Below, in pieces: positions 1 to 15,200 of a stretch of 64,000 nt of DNA; the stretch's first letter is position 1; each line of letters starts with the position of its first letter. The notes under the pieces were generated by a model. That model was not told the origin of the DNA. It did not search any database and was given only the letters and a program-made list of their open reading frames with translations. Location of the stretch: contig CM082591.2 in the NCBI GenBank assembly GCA_040954595.2, forward strand, positions 8,658,380-8,722,379. Reading direction: 5' to 3'. Source of the DNA: Balanoglossus misakiensis. Its lineage: Eukaryota > Animalia > Hemichordata. The position numbers and the translations under genes are program-made.

Positions 1-199
1 AGCCAAGCTATGTTTGTTATTTACTTACATTTAACTTAAATTAAAATTTGCAACTTAAACTTTTGATATCACAATGATATCGCAATCATATTCACTCTCA
101 TAATTATGTTAATGTGCTCTCTTCAACCTTAGCTTAATATTATTGATCAGTTGTCTTAATGTATTTTAGTACATTTGTTTATTTTGATTTTTCCCGTAG

Positions 200-298
200 A
201 ATGGACATTCTCCTTTGTTTTATGCAGCAAGGAATAAATATGTCACCATTGCTCGGCGCTTATTGGGCAATACAGATAGGTTACACAAAGATAGCATG
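200..298 (+). CDS. Ankyrin exon 1 (first in window)
   Basis: tag|..|gt, 99 nt; NGHSPLFYAARNKYVTIARRLLGNTDRLHKDSM. Confidence 0.85.
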
Positions 299-3200
299 GT
301 ATGTATGATAAACTCTTCAGTATACTTATCTTATATGTGACTGTTGAACCAATTCTAAACTTACTGTAAATAATACCCATCCCTATTTGAAAAAAAATTA
401 TATTAGTGAAGGAATAATAATTAAAGGTCTACAAATGTGACATCAGTTGTATAGTTGTAACCCTATAATTTGCCACCAACCTTTTCAAATGTATTGGATA
501 TTAGTTGTTACAGATCTGAGAGTAGAATGTTACTATTGACAAAACCTGGTAATTTTAATATTGGACATTTGAGTATATTTTACCAACCTATTGTTATAAG
601 GACACCACACAAACTATAGAAATATTTGAGAACCTTCAAATCTACAAGCTGATTACTTTCATTAATCCCCAAACACTTACACAAACTTCTTATCTAGGTG
701 ATAGTTGTAGAAAAATATTAAAGGTACATGAGCTGCAACTGGATAAAAAAATGCAGTTTTGAATAATCTTATATATGCTTTTAATTGTCTATTAAATGAT
801 ATTTCATGATAATATATCAAGCTCAACACTTATATATGACAAAATGGCCAAAAATTAGAGAATTACAAAATCCTGCAATTTTTAAAAAGTGCAATGAAAA
901 AATATAATGATATAATGTCTCAGCGGTGTACATTTACTTCCATGAGCTCAAGTGGATGAGATCATGTTTTGTTTATGAAGTTTCATAACCGGAAACATTG
1001 TTTCTTGCATTTTCCCACGGTGGCGGCCATATTCGCTTGCGGCAAAGCTTTATTATTTATCTGGTTAAAACTTGCATATGCACTCATATTTAGGGTTTAT
1101 AATGCTTGTGTATAATTCACTGCCTTTATCTGCATGGACTAATGGTAGTACAGTTAGGAACTAAAATTATGATAACTATCCCAAAAGTTGCAGCTTATGT
1201 GCCTTTAATGTAAATCGTCATTTCAAATTCTTGCTTTCAAAATTTGCACAGGTCTAATATGTAAACATTTATGCAATTTGCTGTAGCAGTTGCCTTTGGA
1301 GCTCTGGTGTTAATACAGGTTTTAATCCACTCTCAGCATGAAAATTGAAAAATCAATCTACCAAAGTTAAGTCCGTAATGCCAAATGATTTGCAAGTTCA
1401 ATTAACCTATATTAATGGAGTGATATATCCTGGAAAGTATATACTAGTAACAAAAAATGGAGTGATATATCTTGGAAAGTATATAACAAAATTGGATTTA
1501 AACGCAAGAGCCATTGATCTCATAAATCTCTGAGTGAACTACAGTACATATAGTGGTGTCTTGTTTAAAATGTCTGCTACAATTCATAGCACACTGCCAA
1601 CATTACTACTGTACGTTAAAGTGAAGGGGTTGTCGCGCTGCGTTTGTTTATAAACATTACAATTCATCCACAACAAATTAGATCATTCTTAGAATGAACG
1701 AGGCAGCCAACTGTAGTGTAGACTGGGCATGGCAGCAACTGAAGATCCTAGTAGGTCGTGGCGACTGCAGTGGGGTTTGCGCTGGTATGGGAGGGCATAT
1801 TCTCGTCAAGGGGGACCCCCTCGCGGCGCGACGACCCCTTCCCTTTAAGTGTTACTGCATCAAATGTAATGAAACTTACCAGAGATATGTCATATAGGAA
1901 TTTGATAAAATTTGTATTGGAATGTTTCTGAGGTTTCTAAAAAAAGTGCAAACATATGCCACGTATATGTATATAACAAATATGAGAATTGCTATAGAAT
2001 ACTTTCCAAAATATTTACCTTGCTGCAGATCTGATAATGTAAGTGACCTCACTATGCAAAACTAATTTCAACAACCGTTATTTTTAATCTATTCATTTTT
2101 ATGCAGCTGACTCGTCTTCATTGGGCGGTGAATAACTACTACCCAGATGTTTCACGGACACTGGTAGATGCCGGCCTTGCTATAAATGAGGAGGTAAATT
2201 TAAATTACCCTGATTGTGGATTGGCATTGACAGAATACTTTTTGTGGGTGTTCGTACATTATAAATGTCAATCTGACTAACACCAGATGTAGACTTATCA
2301 ATCTTTTCATGTGCTGGCCTTTTGCTGTTCTCTTCCTGGTTGATGAACCCGCGAGACGCAAATCTCATTTAGACATGTAAGATCGGTGAAGGTGCAAGTA
2401 ATGTCATTTCTTTTAATTGTGGATTTTTGGTTTCTCATTTGTATGTATTATGAAAATCTGCAATAAAACATGAGTCACCGTGCTTGTTTTCAAAATACAA
2501 GGCCACGAATTCAGTCTATAATTGAATAAAACTGCTGAGTCATCGTTTTTCAACAATGGTTTGTCTTTGGACAAAATATTTAGCAAAATAGAGCGTGGTG
2601 ATCATACAATTTTATTGGCCGATGAATTTTTATTTGACTAGGCTATGTGTAAAATTTTATGAAAATGGAAATAGTAGAAGTGGTTTTTCTAGGTATTCTC
2701 AATGTAATCTTATGGGAAAGGACGAATCCAGTTTTCCAGTTTATGTTCTGCGCGGACCATAAATCTCATGCATCTTATTTAGGTTAGTCAGAGTACACAT
2801 TTTAATACAATGTGTGCATGATAGAATACCTACCTATAAGCATTGAGTAAACTGCTTTCTGATTGTGAAAGTATACCGTATAAACTACTCAACCGAACAA
2901 GATGTTTATTGCAAAGTTTAGGTGCAAACAACCTCTCTAATGTGATGGTGATGTTAATAGTGTGACTAAATTATAGAAATTTATATTATAATGCATGTTT
3001 TCATTTACATATTATACTCATTTTATGGGTATGTCGAATTGGATTTCTGTTAAGAACTAATAAATGTAAATATTTTCATCATGTTTCATAAGGTCAAACC
3101 ACTAGTATATGTCTGTTCTGGTAAAATGTAAGCAGTACGTTTCTTTAATACTATATTCATTTTTTATTCTTGCAAAACACCTCTAGTTAAACGATAGGAG

Positions 3201-6200
3201 CACAATTCTACATCATGAAGTCCGTTCGAGTGAGAAAGAGGTTGTCCAGCTTTGTGTTGAGTTAAAGGCTGATGTACACAAAATGGACAGTGTAAGTTTT
3301 ATCGATTTGTTTTACCTATTTACATCAGAAACTATGACTATCAGAAACCACAGCATAGCATTTTTTTGTTCCATCAAAATTGAGATCAGGGATACTTGAA
3401 TAGCATCTGTGGAAAGAAGTCAGCATAAAAATTACCCAGTGAAGTATACGAGGGAGAAGATAATTCTCGTAGTGGAGATGCTGGGTTTGTTTCCTAGCCT
3501 TGCTGTTTGCTGTGTTTTATCTAGTGAAAACAAAGTTTGTACTTATAAGTCAAAACTTAGATCATGGCTACGTTGTGATGGAGGAGCCATGTGGATGTAT
3601 AAAAGGACTGTTTCTAACAAAGAATGTGTTGGTTTATACCAGTAAACCACTGTTTATAACAAAGAAAGAAACACAAGAGCAGCCAGTGGTAGTGAGGAGA
3701 GATGATCAGTTATAGAAAAAAGAAACATGGTTTGAACAATGGGCATGACGCAATGAGTGGTAAAACTATAAAACACATTATAATTTACCTCATGCTAATA
3801 CTGTGCCGTGATTCGCCAGAATACGTCACGTGATAGGAAAATAGAATCGACTATGAACCGCTAGGGAAATAGCAGAAAAAATATAAACCGGTCACGTGAC
3901 CAGCGTGAGTGCGTCAATCAGCGTCGTGTCGTCTGACACAATGGCCACCGCTGAAGATGTCGTCTGCCAACCTCAAGAGAAAATTGCAAGATTTTCCCAG
4001 CTGTTAGCATGAGGTTTATTATAAAACACCTATAGCCTGGCCTATATTCGGGCAATAGCAGCCGTTTTTACCCCCTCGTGACTGTTAGTTACCAGAATCA
4101 TATGCTATTTCCCGAGGCCGCAGGCCTCGGGAAATAGCATATGATTCTGGTAACTCACAGCCCCTCGGGTGTAATAAACGGCCGCTATGGCCCTCATGGC
4201 CAGACAATAGGTGTTCAATATAAACCAAATGAACTGAATGCCCAGTTAGCATTATAAGGGGTTTTATTATCTAGTTTTACAGTGATTCCATGATTATGGC
4301 ATGGATGTAACCTAATGCTTAGTTTTTGTCACCTTAAGTATATGACTTTCTAAAAACACGAATTGGAGAACAGAAAGTGTACATGGCAAAGAAGGGATAT
4401 ATTTTACTACATGAAATTTCTAATATAAATATAATTTACGAATAAGGTTATTAGTACTATTTAGTAATAATTTCTTAGTTTGATGAAATATATATAGTAT
4501 CACAGATATACCGGTACATCTGTATCATGATACGACTATTAGTGACAAGTTGATAAACCGCTAATTGGCATAATTATGTGAGACATTGTTCCAATCATTA
4601 CTTTATGACAGCTACGCAACCAACAATTTTACTTGTTGGCAATATCTGTTAGGTCCTTGTAATAATAATTCAGTGATTTTTATCTTATCATAAACTTCAG
4701 TTGGTCCAAAACCATTGTTTTATATGGTAAGGTTTAACCTCTATAAAGGGAACAGAAAGGGAGAACGTTGGGGATGAAATGGTTAAAAGACATACGTTGT
4801 ATTTGTTCCACCCTAGCGAAGAAAAAATCATGAATATTCATGAACTTGGCTTTGTGAATGTATATTTTTATTATCTTCATATTCTGATTTTGAAAATAAT
4901 GGCGTTCATCACACCTGATTTATTATGTCATTCATATTTCAAATTTGCAGGAAAAGCGTACACCCTTGTACTATGCAGTGAGAAACAGACGAGTGGAAAA
5001 CACCGGGGTACTTTTAAAGACAGATGCAAATTTTTTACCTTTATCAGATGTAAGAACATTCTACATAATCACGTCTATCACAATACATCTTGTTGATGGA
5101 TGACATCTCTGTTATAATTATGAACATGTTTCAACATAAATTCTGGATAGATGTACTATGTTCAAATGTGTGGGCATATATTTTGTGTACTAATTTAAAA
5201 AAAATGATATTTTTGTATTTATTTGTTCTCATTTGCTAAACAACACTTATGGATTTTAAGTTTCATGGACCAGTTTCTTTTTTCATCATAGAGTCATCAA
5301 GAAGATACTTCATCTCAACCAAAGTGGTCTGCACATCAGCAGCCAGTGTACTTGGCGGCAGCCACGTATGAAAAAAAAGATTTTGTAAATACTCTACAAC
5401 AATCAGGAAGAGATATTGATGAAGAGTTTGAGGTAATTGGACAGCCATGGGGGATGATGGATACTTCTTACAATAAAATAAATCACCTTCAGGGTATTTA
5501 AAACATGGCTTGTTAGGTCAGTGAATCATTATGCATGTTTGATACTAATACTAATATGCCTGGTTTTTTTCGAAGGATGGTTTAACAGCATTGCATGTTG
5601 CTGCTTACAAGGACAAGAAAAATGCAGTCGAAATACTGATTGAGTGTGGAGCAAATATAAACAAACAAGATGAGGTAATTTAGAGTTTTATTCATATATT
5701 TTCTACCTTTGTATTGTTTACCTTGAACAGTCTTTTGTACAAGAAAAACAATACCATAGCAACTTGTGTACTTTTCAAACACTTTGTTAGGTCCAGTTCG
5801 GTATTTTTGGGAGTTCGTTGCAAGTACTGCTGGCAGAGTGCTCGATGGTGTAAATCCAGAGCTTGATAGTAGAGTGTGCAAGGGAACTAAGGCTGTTTTG
5901 ACATAGGCGGTGTATTACTGTTCAGTTTCGTGTACATTCGAGTGTAGGCCCTGCTTACACGAAACTGAACAGTAATACACCGCCTATGTCAAAACAGCCT
6001 TAGTTCCCTTGCACACTCTACTATATATATATATAAATATTGTAATATATATATATATATATAAATATTGTAAATGCGCGCCGCTAGACAGAGATGGATG
6101 AAAAGCAATCATAATGGCTTAATTATGCAATATTCAAAGACAAACAAGTCAAAACAAGCATAAGCCAAAGAGAAATTGGGATGACAAACTAATAATGCCC

Positions 6201-9200
6201 AGGCCTATAAGCTACATAAAATATAAATAGTAAAGCAAGCACATGAGAAAACATGTCTATCTATGTAAAACTGAGGGCGTGGGAAGCTTGAGAGGCATGT
6301 GTGTATGTATGTACATACATAAGCATGCACACACGCATGCATGCACGCATTCATGTCTGTACCGGTTTGTGTATGTATGTTTTGTTTTTTCAAATTTCTA
6401 TGATTTTTCGATGTTTAAACAGCTGCGATATACAGCCCTCCACCGTGCTGTGCTAAGTAGAAGTGAAAGTATTGTTGATGTCTTGCTCAACAACAACATT
6501 GATAAAAATGCCATTGACAAGGTAAGAATAATGTCGAAATATATTTGAAAGGTGCTTTAATTCACAGAAATTATGTTGCTTAATATTTTACAATTGCCCA
6601 TCCATGTTATATGAAAGGAATGAACTGTGTGAACAGATGTGATTAACATGATGATTAACTTGAAACGATGTATCCACATGTAGATTTTCTTTTGGAAATT
6701 AGGTAAACATCAGAGGCCATGTTTTAAATTATTAAGTGCATAGACCCAAACGTTGGTATTATGCCATTCGCACAAGCAAGTTCATAGGGTTTAGTGGTTA
6801 TCAACGAACCTCACACAGAGAGACCAGCATGAAGCCAGTTACCATTATCTATTTCAAATTCCAATTGGAAGGAATGAAAGTCTTAGAACTGAACATCCTG
6901 ATGCTGGTAACAAATTACTAGTAGCTTTTGTTTTCCTTGTGTGTTTTTATTTTGTCAGCCATATTTAAGGATTGTCCAATTAATATAATTGGAATATGCA
7001 TATTTACAGCTTTATTTTATATTCCCAGAATGGACGTACAGCACTCTTTTGTGCTGCTGAGAAAAGATACAGTGACATAATCCGTCTTCTTCTGCGAGCT
7101 CAGTGTAAGATTGATCCCAAATCGGTGAGTTTACCCAACATTAGATTCCAAATGTGTACTCATAAAGTGCTATATATTGTGAAATGGCATAAATATAAAA
7201 CATGTGCAACTTACATAATAGAGAAATGTTTACAGCATTCATGAGCAGTGTGTCCAATCAATCTTACTTTTAGATAGGAAGATATTTATGTTTGAATTGA
7301 TAATGTAAGCTGTTCTACAGATAAAGAATGGTCATTTTTTTATCCTTGTATGTACTAGTGCAAGAGTGAGGTGTGGGGTTCATTTCCACATTAGTAATTG
7401 CCACACGTGGGTCACTATTACATGCAGGTAAATTTGGTTATTTGGAAACAGCAACTAATTGTCTTTTATAATGATATATTACTACAATTACTGCATGTAC
7501 TTCACAGATACAAGATAAAAAAATGATTTAACGGAGATCTAAATGTACTAGTGGACATTTCCCAGTGTTGTGTTGATTACGCTCTTAATATTTAACTAAT
7601 TTTATCATTTATTCATCTAGAATGGTCATGATAATATAGCTCAACTGCACTGGGCTGCAAAAAACCATCACCAGCTCATTGTTTCTGCTTTGAAGGATGG
7701 TGGTATAAACATTGATCAATATGTAGAGGTATGTTAATTGAACATGTTACTTTTTTGCATGATTTATTTGAGGTATTGCATATTTTGCCCTTTCAAACAT
7801 CCATGTAAAGATACGACCAAACATTAGTTACAGCACGTTGCTATATAATAAAAGAAATTCCAGAAACAGTTACATTTGGTGTAACAGTTTACTGTTTGCA
7901 CTATTCATGTTCAGTTTTTCAATTTATTATTTGACTGTGATCTACCGGTTCAAAACACCCCACAGAAACTGTTGTTAACAAACCGAATTAAAATAGCCAG
8001 CAGTTAAAGTTATGGGTCCTTTAATAACTTAAATATTGAAAAAATAGGTAGAGAGTTTTAAACAAACAATTCAGTATTACATTTTATTATACACCTACTG
8101 CTGTAACCTATGGAGTTCCGTAATACAATAATTCGCGGTATCACCGTACAATAATTATTCAAATGAGGACGCGGAGTCCCATAACCCACAGGGTTATTGG
8201 ACGCATTGTGACTTTGACCTCACAGGACTGGTGATCAATGTAAACAATGATGATATTAACCCTACTCTGACAAAAATTTATATAAAAAGTACACAGCCGT
8301 TATTAAACAAAATTATTGGTGACCTAAGATGCGAAATAAGTCAAAATCCACGCTGAAATTTCAGTCGAAGGAATCTGTGAACAAACAGGCGAGCGCGTTC
8401 ATTTCAAGTTCCAGAACGAGCTCAGCGCAAGCAGCGTAGAACGTCGCGTGCGAGGCAGGCAGTTCGACACTAGCATCACCTGATGCGCGAAGTGAAGGCG
8501 CGTTCGATATGCAAATTACATCGTGGCGGTGTCTGAAAAAACTAGAAAGTCCGATAGCGGCCTATTTATTCTTTATCATTCATGAAGAACGTTCAGAAAA
8601 GGTGTATAATAATAAGGTTATTCACAAAATACCGGGATTTATGTCCTCGTACATCGTACGCTTCGGTATTGTCCTCAACGCTGCGCGTCTCGGACAATAC
8701 CTGCGCTGTACGATGTACTTGGACATAAATCCCGGTATTTTGTGAATAACCTTATATTCTTTTTGGGGGGAGATGAGAAAGGAAAGTTATATTTTACAAT
8801 CATAGCACAATCATCACTCTTACTGTCAAAACACTTTGTTGTTGTCCTTCCACAGTCATTAAGAACTACTACACTGTAAAGGAAAACATGATCAAGCATG
8901 AAATTGTTATCTGTATTGGTTATTTTCTTTACAGAGTGGTATGACATCATTACAGATCTTGTCTAAGGAAAGAAACTTAAAGGGTGTTGAAATCTTGGTA
9001 GAAAATGGGGCTGATATAAATGCATTTTCTGTGGTAAGTGCTCCTTTTGTATTAAAAACACATTTCTTTAAAATCATTCATATTGTTTACACCAATATGT
9101 GGAAAGGTTTGTTTATATTTTCAATCAAGGAGTGCAGAAAACCTTCATTTAAGTTCTCATGGTTTGCTGTTGTTGTTATTGTTGTTTTAATTCACAAATT

Positions 9201-12200
9201 AATGTGATGGTTAACTTTTTAAATAGGAGGGACACACTGCTCTGTATTATGCATCAAGTGATAAAGAAAGTGACAGTGAAACGTCAAGCGGGGAAGACAG
9301 TGACTGTATAGCTATCACCAAACAATTTCTCTCCAAAGGAGCTCAGTTGATGAGGGAAACCAATAAGGTGAGCAATGCATTTGTTACTGGATGGATCAAT
9401 GTTATATGGTGAGTATTGTATCCATCAACCACAGTGAAAGTATAGGGTTGTTGGTAACAATTATCTTTTTTACAATTATCCATTTCAGCTCATGTGTTTC
9501 ACATACACAAGCTCATGTCATGCTGATGTCTGTCTGTCACTGTCTGTCTAGCCCTCTGTGTAAGGCTTGAACAAAAACAGCGTATCAGGTTTTATCCAAT
9601 TTGTACACGGGGACAGATTTGTACTGGTAAAAACTGAAAATTAAGATATTAGTGGGTTGGCATATGGCATGTGTGTTAATGATGTTGTCAGGGGGTTCAA
9701 ATGTTACTGTTTACATGGTTGTCTGTGGGAAGGCGCATGATCGGAGAATGGTATCACCCACACCATGGTGGGGGGAAGTTGGTCCTGGCGCTTTTTCCCA
9801 TGATTCAAATTACAGTTAACGCCATATTGGAAATTCTGCCAACTTTCCCTCGACTTTGTAAAAATTCGCGGACCTTATACATGGTGAATGTGTTTTTTTT
9901 TTGAAAGAGTGACCTCAAAGCTACCAAATTATGTAGAAATCAGCTACGCCGGATTTCCCCTTTAAACAAAGCTATTGGTGCAGTTGTTTTGTGATAATGA
10001 CCACTATGAATGTCAAATTAAATGTCAAATATCTGGACTCTTTTGGCCCATGTTAACATCATTAAATATTTTACACTGACCAACACAAGTCATTTGTTGT
10101 TGGACATGGACTGGTATGGGCAATCATTTTTTGGCCAATTTTGGTAATCTTGGGCTGACCCTTGGCCTATACTTTCACATGTCACGCATCAAGAGTCGAT
10201 ACAATACTGGCATTTAGTGGGGTGAAACACGTGATGTTAGTGATGGAGTCTTATGCTTTATCTCAATAATTAACCTTAATTACTACTTATAACCACATTT
10301 TTCTCCCTTTCATATACAACATACAACATTTGTGGATATATCAAACTATATACCATGTACAATTAAGTTTTAAATTCTCAGACGTTATTAATTACTGCTA
10401 CTAATGAGCATGAAATCGTTTTCAGGAACTACCACTGCTGTGGGCCGTTTCACGATGCAGAAAGGACATTGTTAAAAACCTTTTGTCCGCAGGAATAGAT
10501 ATCAATAGAATGACGAAGATGTATATAGATGTAAGTTTTGCCTTTTCTTTTATTAAGTCAAGGCTACTGCAACTATTTGCAATATTGAAGTGTAGATCTA
10601 GTGTCATAAAGGTACTCCTTTTGCTTAGAATAATGTGGCCTCTTGCCATTTACTACATCACAGAATATGTCGACAATATCTTTGTGATCAGAATTTGTCT
10701 ATTTAATTCATCCAAACGATGAGAGAGTTGGTGGCAGCCATGTTTGCTGCTTCACCTTTTCAAAAAAAAATTTTTAGGGTGGAGCTATAAATGGTATTTC
10801 ATTTGCTATTTCCCACTAACGCCCAGCCAATTTCAAGTCTCGACTCTAGTGCATGTTGCGTAAAATGGCATGTTTAATCAGGAAGGTTAATGAATGTTCA
10901 TTTGAAACTTGACTGTACATTGTTTAGCCAGCAGTTTTTTTTCATAACAGTGACAGTGAGAGTACACTTATGCTGTTTGAATCATTACTCATTTCTCCCT
11001 GTACACAAACTGATCAGAGAGGCTTGCTCCATGTACTATTTGTGTTGATATTCACATCTATGGATGAGATGCTGGTGCAGCCATGCTTGCAAATATGTAA
11101 CAGGTGAAAATTTGCAGTTCGTGATTGAACTAGAGAATAACAACAAATTCTAACGTGCAGAAAAGATCTGCAGAAACTAAAGACAGTCCCAGTGGGCCAT
11201 ATTCCCCACCTATGGCATAAACTCTGTCAACCATGTAAAATCATGGTTTTCTTATGTCACACGTTTCAGTCTCAGCCATTCAAGAGTATGAAATGCAGTG
11301 TGAGGTATAATAAAAGAGTAATATATGCATATGACTAAAGAAATGGATGGGTTTCCCAAAACGTGTCTCATAGACATCTTAGATAAACTTTAACTGTATT
11401 TTAAAATAACTTTGTGCTCATTTCCTTCAGTCCTCAGTTGATAAATCGGTTCTACAGGTGGCTGCTGAGAGCGGTAAATGTGAGTCGGTACGTCTTTGCA
11501 TAGAGATGGGGTCTAAAGTAAATCTTCCAGATGTGGTAAGTTGAATAATACTTGAGGGTAGCTTGTGAGGTTCGTCAAAGCATACCGTATTTTAATCGAA
11601 AATTTCTTGATCAGACGATATGAATTTTATTTCTGTGTCACCAGAATTTCTAGTACTGTACTTGTGTGCTTGTTTGTTTGTCTTTCATCTTCAGAGGATG
11701 GATTTAGAAAATAATATACTTGAACAAGTGCAAGTCTCACCCGAACATCCAATGATGGCTTTCACAAAACAGTCTATCGTCGCTAACCCATATCTCAGTA
11801 AAAGCTACACTGCACTGCACTGCACCACACTCAATCGCACCACACTACCTGGTACAATATACTAAACAATTCAGTTCATTGTACAGACCTGCACTCCCAT
11901 AGACTTTTCTATCGCAAACTTGTGTAGTCTGAGGTATCATAAAATAATAGAACATCATACTCTTATGCCTTCCATGAGAATATTAAATTTATTTCATTTC
12001 AATTGCAGGAATTTAAGACTCCTCTTTTCTATGCGGTGAAATCCAAGGATACAGACACAGTAAAAAAACTTCTTAAGGCTGGAGCTACATTCTATGAAAA
12101 TATGCAGGTATGGTTTCATAATGATGTTTTGTCATCTCGAGTAAGCTATCCAGTGCAAGAGAAATGAACAACACCCACACTCTATAGCAAATGTAGTATA

Positions 12201-15200
12201 AATTTAGTTTGCATTGTATACCATTTTCACCAAAAAAATTGTCAATTGTCAATTAAAAAGACATAATTTTTAGCTTTATTTCCAGCAGTTTTTTTTTATC
12301 AAAAGCAACGTTTTGCTCTATTCTGAACAGAATGATGACTCGATACTCCAGTTGTTAACATAGCTATGTATGTGTGTAACAACTGTTGTTATTGTTGACA
12401 AATGAGTTGTGGTCCAGACCTGAATTTTAATTTTTCAAAATAAAAATGATGACTCTATACATATATGTTGTGTTAATAAGCTGATGAGTTGAATGCTGGG
12501 AAATTTCATCATTTTCAGGAATTTGAACAAGAATTTAAAGCAGATACACAAAACAAAAATACTGAAAACATGGATCTCCCCACTCTGAGAGCAGTGCTGG
12601 ACAATATGACTATTCATAACTTATTAACATTCATTATAAATATTTATGAACATCTCTGAACTTTTTTCTGTCCAACTTACAATGACCTTGAATTAATTGA
12701 CTGGCTGAAAATACTAGGCTAAGGCTAGACAGCTGGGTCTTTGTGGATTCTCCATATATGGAATGTTACAATTTGTTTTGCTATGACTTGATTAGATGGT
12801 ACATCAAATAACAGCCATACATTTGGCACAATTTCGACATGTTTTATTTGAAATACTCAAATTTAGGCTGACAAAATAATAATAGAACTGGACGGCATAT
12901 TTTCATGCTGGTGATTCTGTTTAAGTGCCAGACGGGGCCGTACAGCCTGGGGAGATCCCTGGTAAAAGTTTACATCTACTGAATCACTGAATAGGACAGA
13001 GATTGCATTGTATGCATATAGCTCTGCTGCATTGATTACAGCAGGGACACCTGCAAATTTGACCTGCTGTTTGCTCACAAGGAAGTAATATGGCATTAAA
13101 ACTAGGTCCAGAGACCAGGGATAATAATTTTGCCTTGGGCACATTTTCAGGATATGAGTGCTATATACAAACTGACTATTATAATTATTGCTATAACTAT
13201 TGCTAGTATTATTAGGTCCCATTGGTATATACCATGGTACCTTATGGGATCGGTTGCGTCTGTATGTATGGATGTATGGATGGATGTATGGATGTATGTA
13301 TGTCCGTCCACATCAAAAACTTTAAAACCGCTGTGTGTATCACCTTGATATTTGGTGTGCAGATGCAGGCTGGGCTGTAGATGGGAGTTTGTTCAAATGA
13401 AGTTGTCATCGCCAAAAATGTGTAAATTAGCTGGAAAAATGTGAATTTGGTCAAAACTCAGTAACTCGAGAACTACTGGTCAGATTGCTTTGCTAAGTGG
13501 TGTGTATTTACTTTATTGAGTTGTTTTAATTAGGCAGGAAGTTTCCTGGTGTGATTGATTTACACAGCAAATTCCTGAATGATTACATAACTGGCTAAGT
13601 TTTAATGAGGCCAGCTGTTCTATTTAGTGTATGTACATTACATATGCCATTGGCAGCTTATGGGTCAGTCAGTGCTTGCCCATTGATCTCTCGCTATGTG
13701 TGTGTGTGTCTGTCTGTCTGTCTGTATATGGCCATGTACCCCGGTGTAGACTTTTTCTTGTGTAATAACTCAATGGGACCACCATGTCCTTGACGCGATT
13801 TTTTCACTGGTTTCCACTGGGTAAATCTGTGCTTGATATCATATTAGCTTAGAAAGCTGAGATCATACATGCACATGTGTACCATTCTCTCAGAACATGC
13901 TTAAATATTACTGTGTTTAAACCACAAAATGTACTTGCTTAACAGTCTGAAGAGGGAAACGACAAAACAAATGAGACAAATATATATGTGGCTGCAACAA
14001 AGTATCAAGATAATGAAATGGTTTCCACTTTGAAAAGGGCAGATGAAAATATTGATGAATGTGATGACGTAAGTAATATACTTCATTCACATAGTTACCA
14101 TCCTAAATGCACAACCATAACCCTTTGTTGGTAATAACTGCAAGCTTCAACATTGACGAAGAATTCATAAATATCAATATATACATTTCACTGGGGATAC
14201 TCTAGCCAACACATGTATTGTGTTGTTATGCATCCTTTCATTTACTACGGGAAACGGATAACTGCAAAAGTGAACAGACTATTAAAATTTGTGTTTACAA
14301 TTGATGTGACCAGGTGACACTGCCATTTCTTCATTATGCAAAAATTAACATGATTTGAACACTTCATTTTTCTCCATAGTTCATAAGAATGTTACTGTTG
14401 ATTTTTGCACTTCATGAATTTTGTTCATGATATAGTAGTCTCAGTTGAAAAAGAAACAATTGTTACTCATGGTATTCCCACCATATCTTTGGTAATCCTA
14501 ACATTTCAATGAATCACTCAGGCATATTGCTGAGAAACATATAGTTACATATTGACACAATTTGAAACTGAAATTAAGGCCCTTGTTTCATCATAGAATT
14601 TATATTCATTTCGTGAAATGACACCAAGTACAAAATGTTTACATTTCATTTGCAGACCTACCAAAATCTAGGCAGAAACATTGTGAAATTTTAATTAATT
14701 TTTAGAATGGACAAAAACTACTTGGTTTCCAAAACTGATTAAAATCAGTTTTAAACATAGGTGGTGTCTTTACATTTGGTTTGTCTTTCATGTTCTTGTT
14801 AGGATATTCAGCATGCCGATGCTTCAAATCTCACGCTTACAAAGAACATCAAGTATAAATTTAGATAGCATGCAGTTAATACATGCCTACATACAATAAA
14901 TACCTATTCTTATTATACAATAATCGGTGAAGTACACAAACAGCAAATACCAAGCAAATATAAAGATGCCACCTTTTCTCCCCAGCTAATTTTAATCAGG
15001 TAAACTTGGTTCTGGTCCCTCTCCGATCATAGACACTTGGTTAACGGTTACTTAAATTTATGTGCTGAAAAAGCACTGAAATGGGCACCAGCTGGGAGAA
15101 AATTACCGCAGTAAATTCATGCCTACATACAATAAGCCCACTTATTTCCAGGATATTTTGAAAAGTGAAACAGACCGATATGGTATGGGAGAAGATGTTC

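Noticed and set aside
12863-13222. 119-aa minus-strand ORF, or a degenerate ankyrin exon (NWTAYFHAG on + strand)
   Set aside because: No domain, early stop on the + strand and no convincing splice pair.
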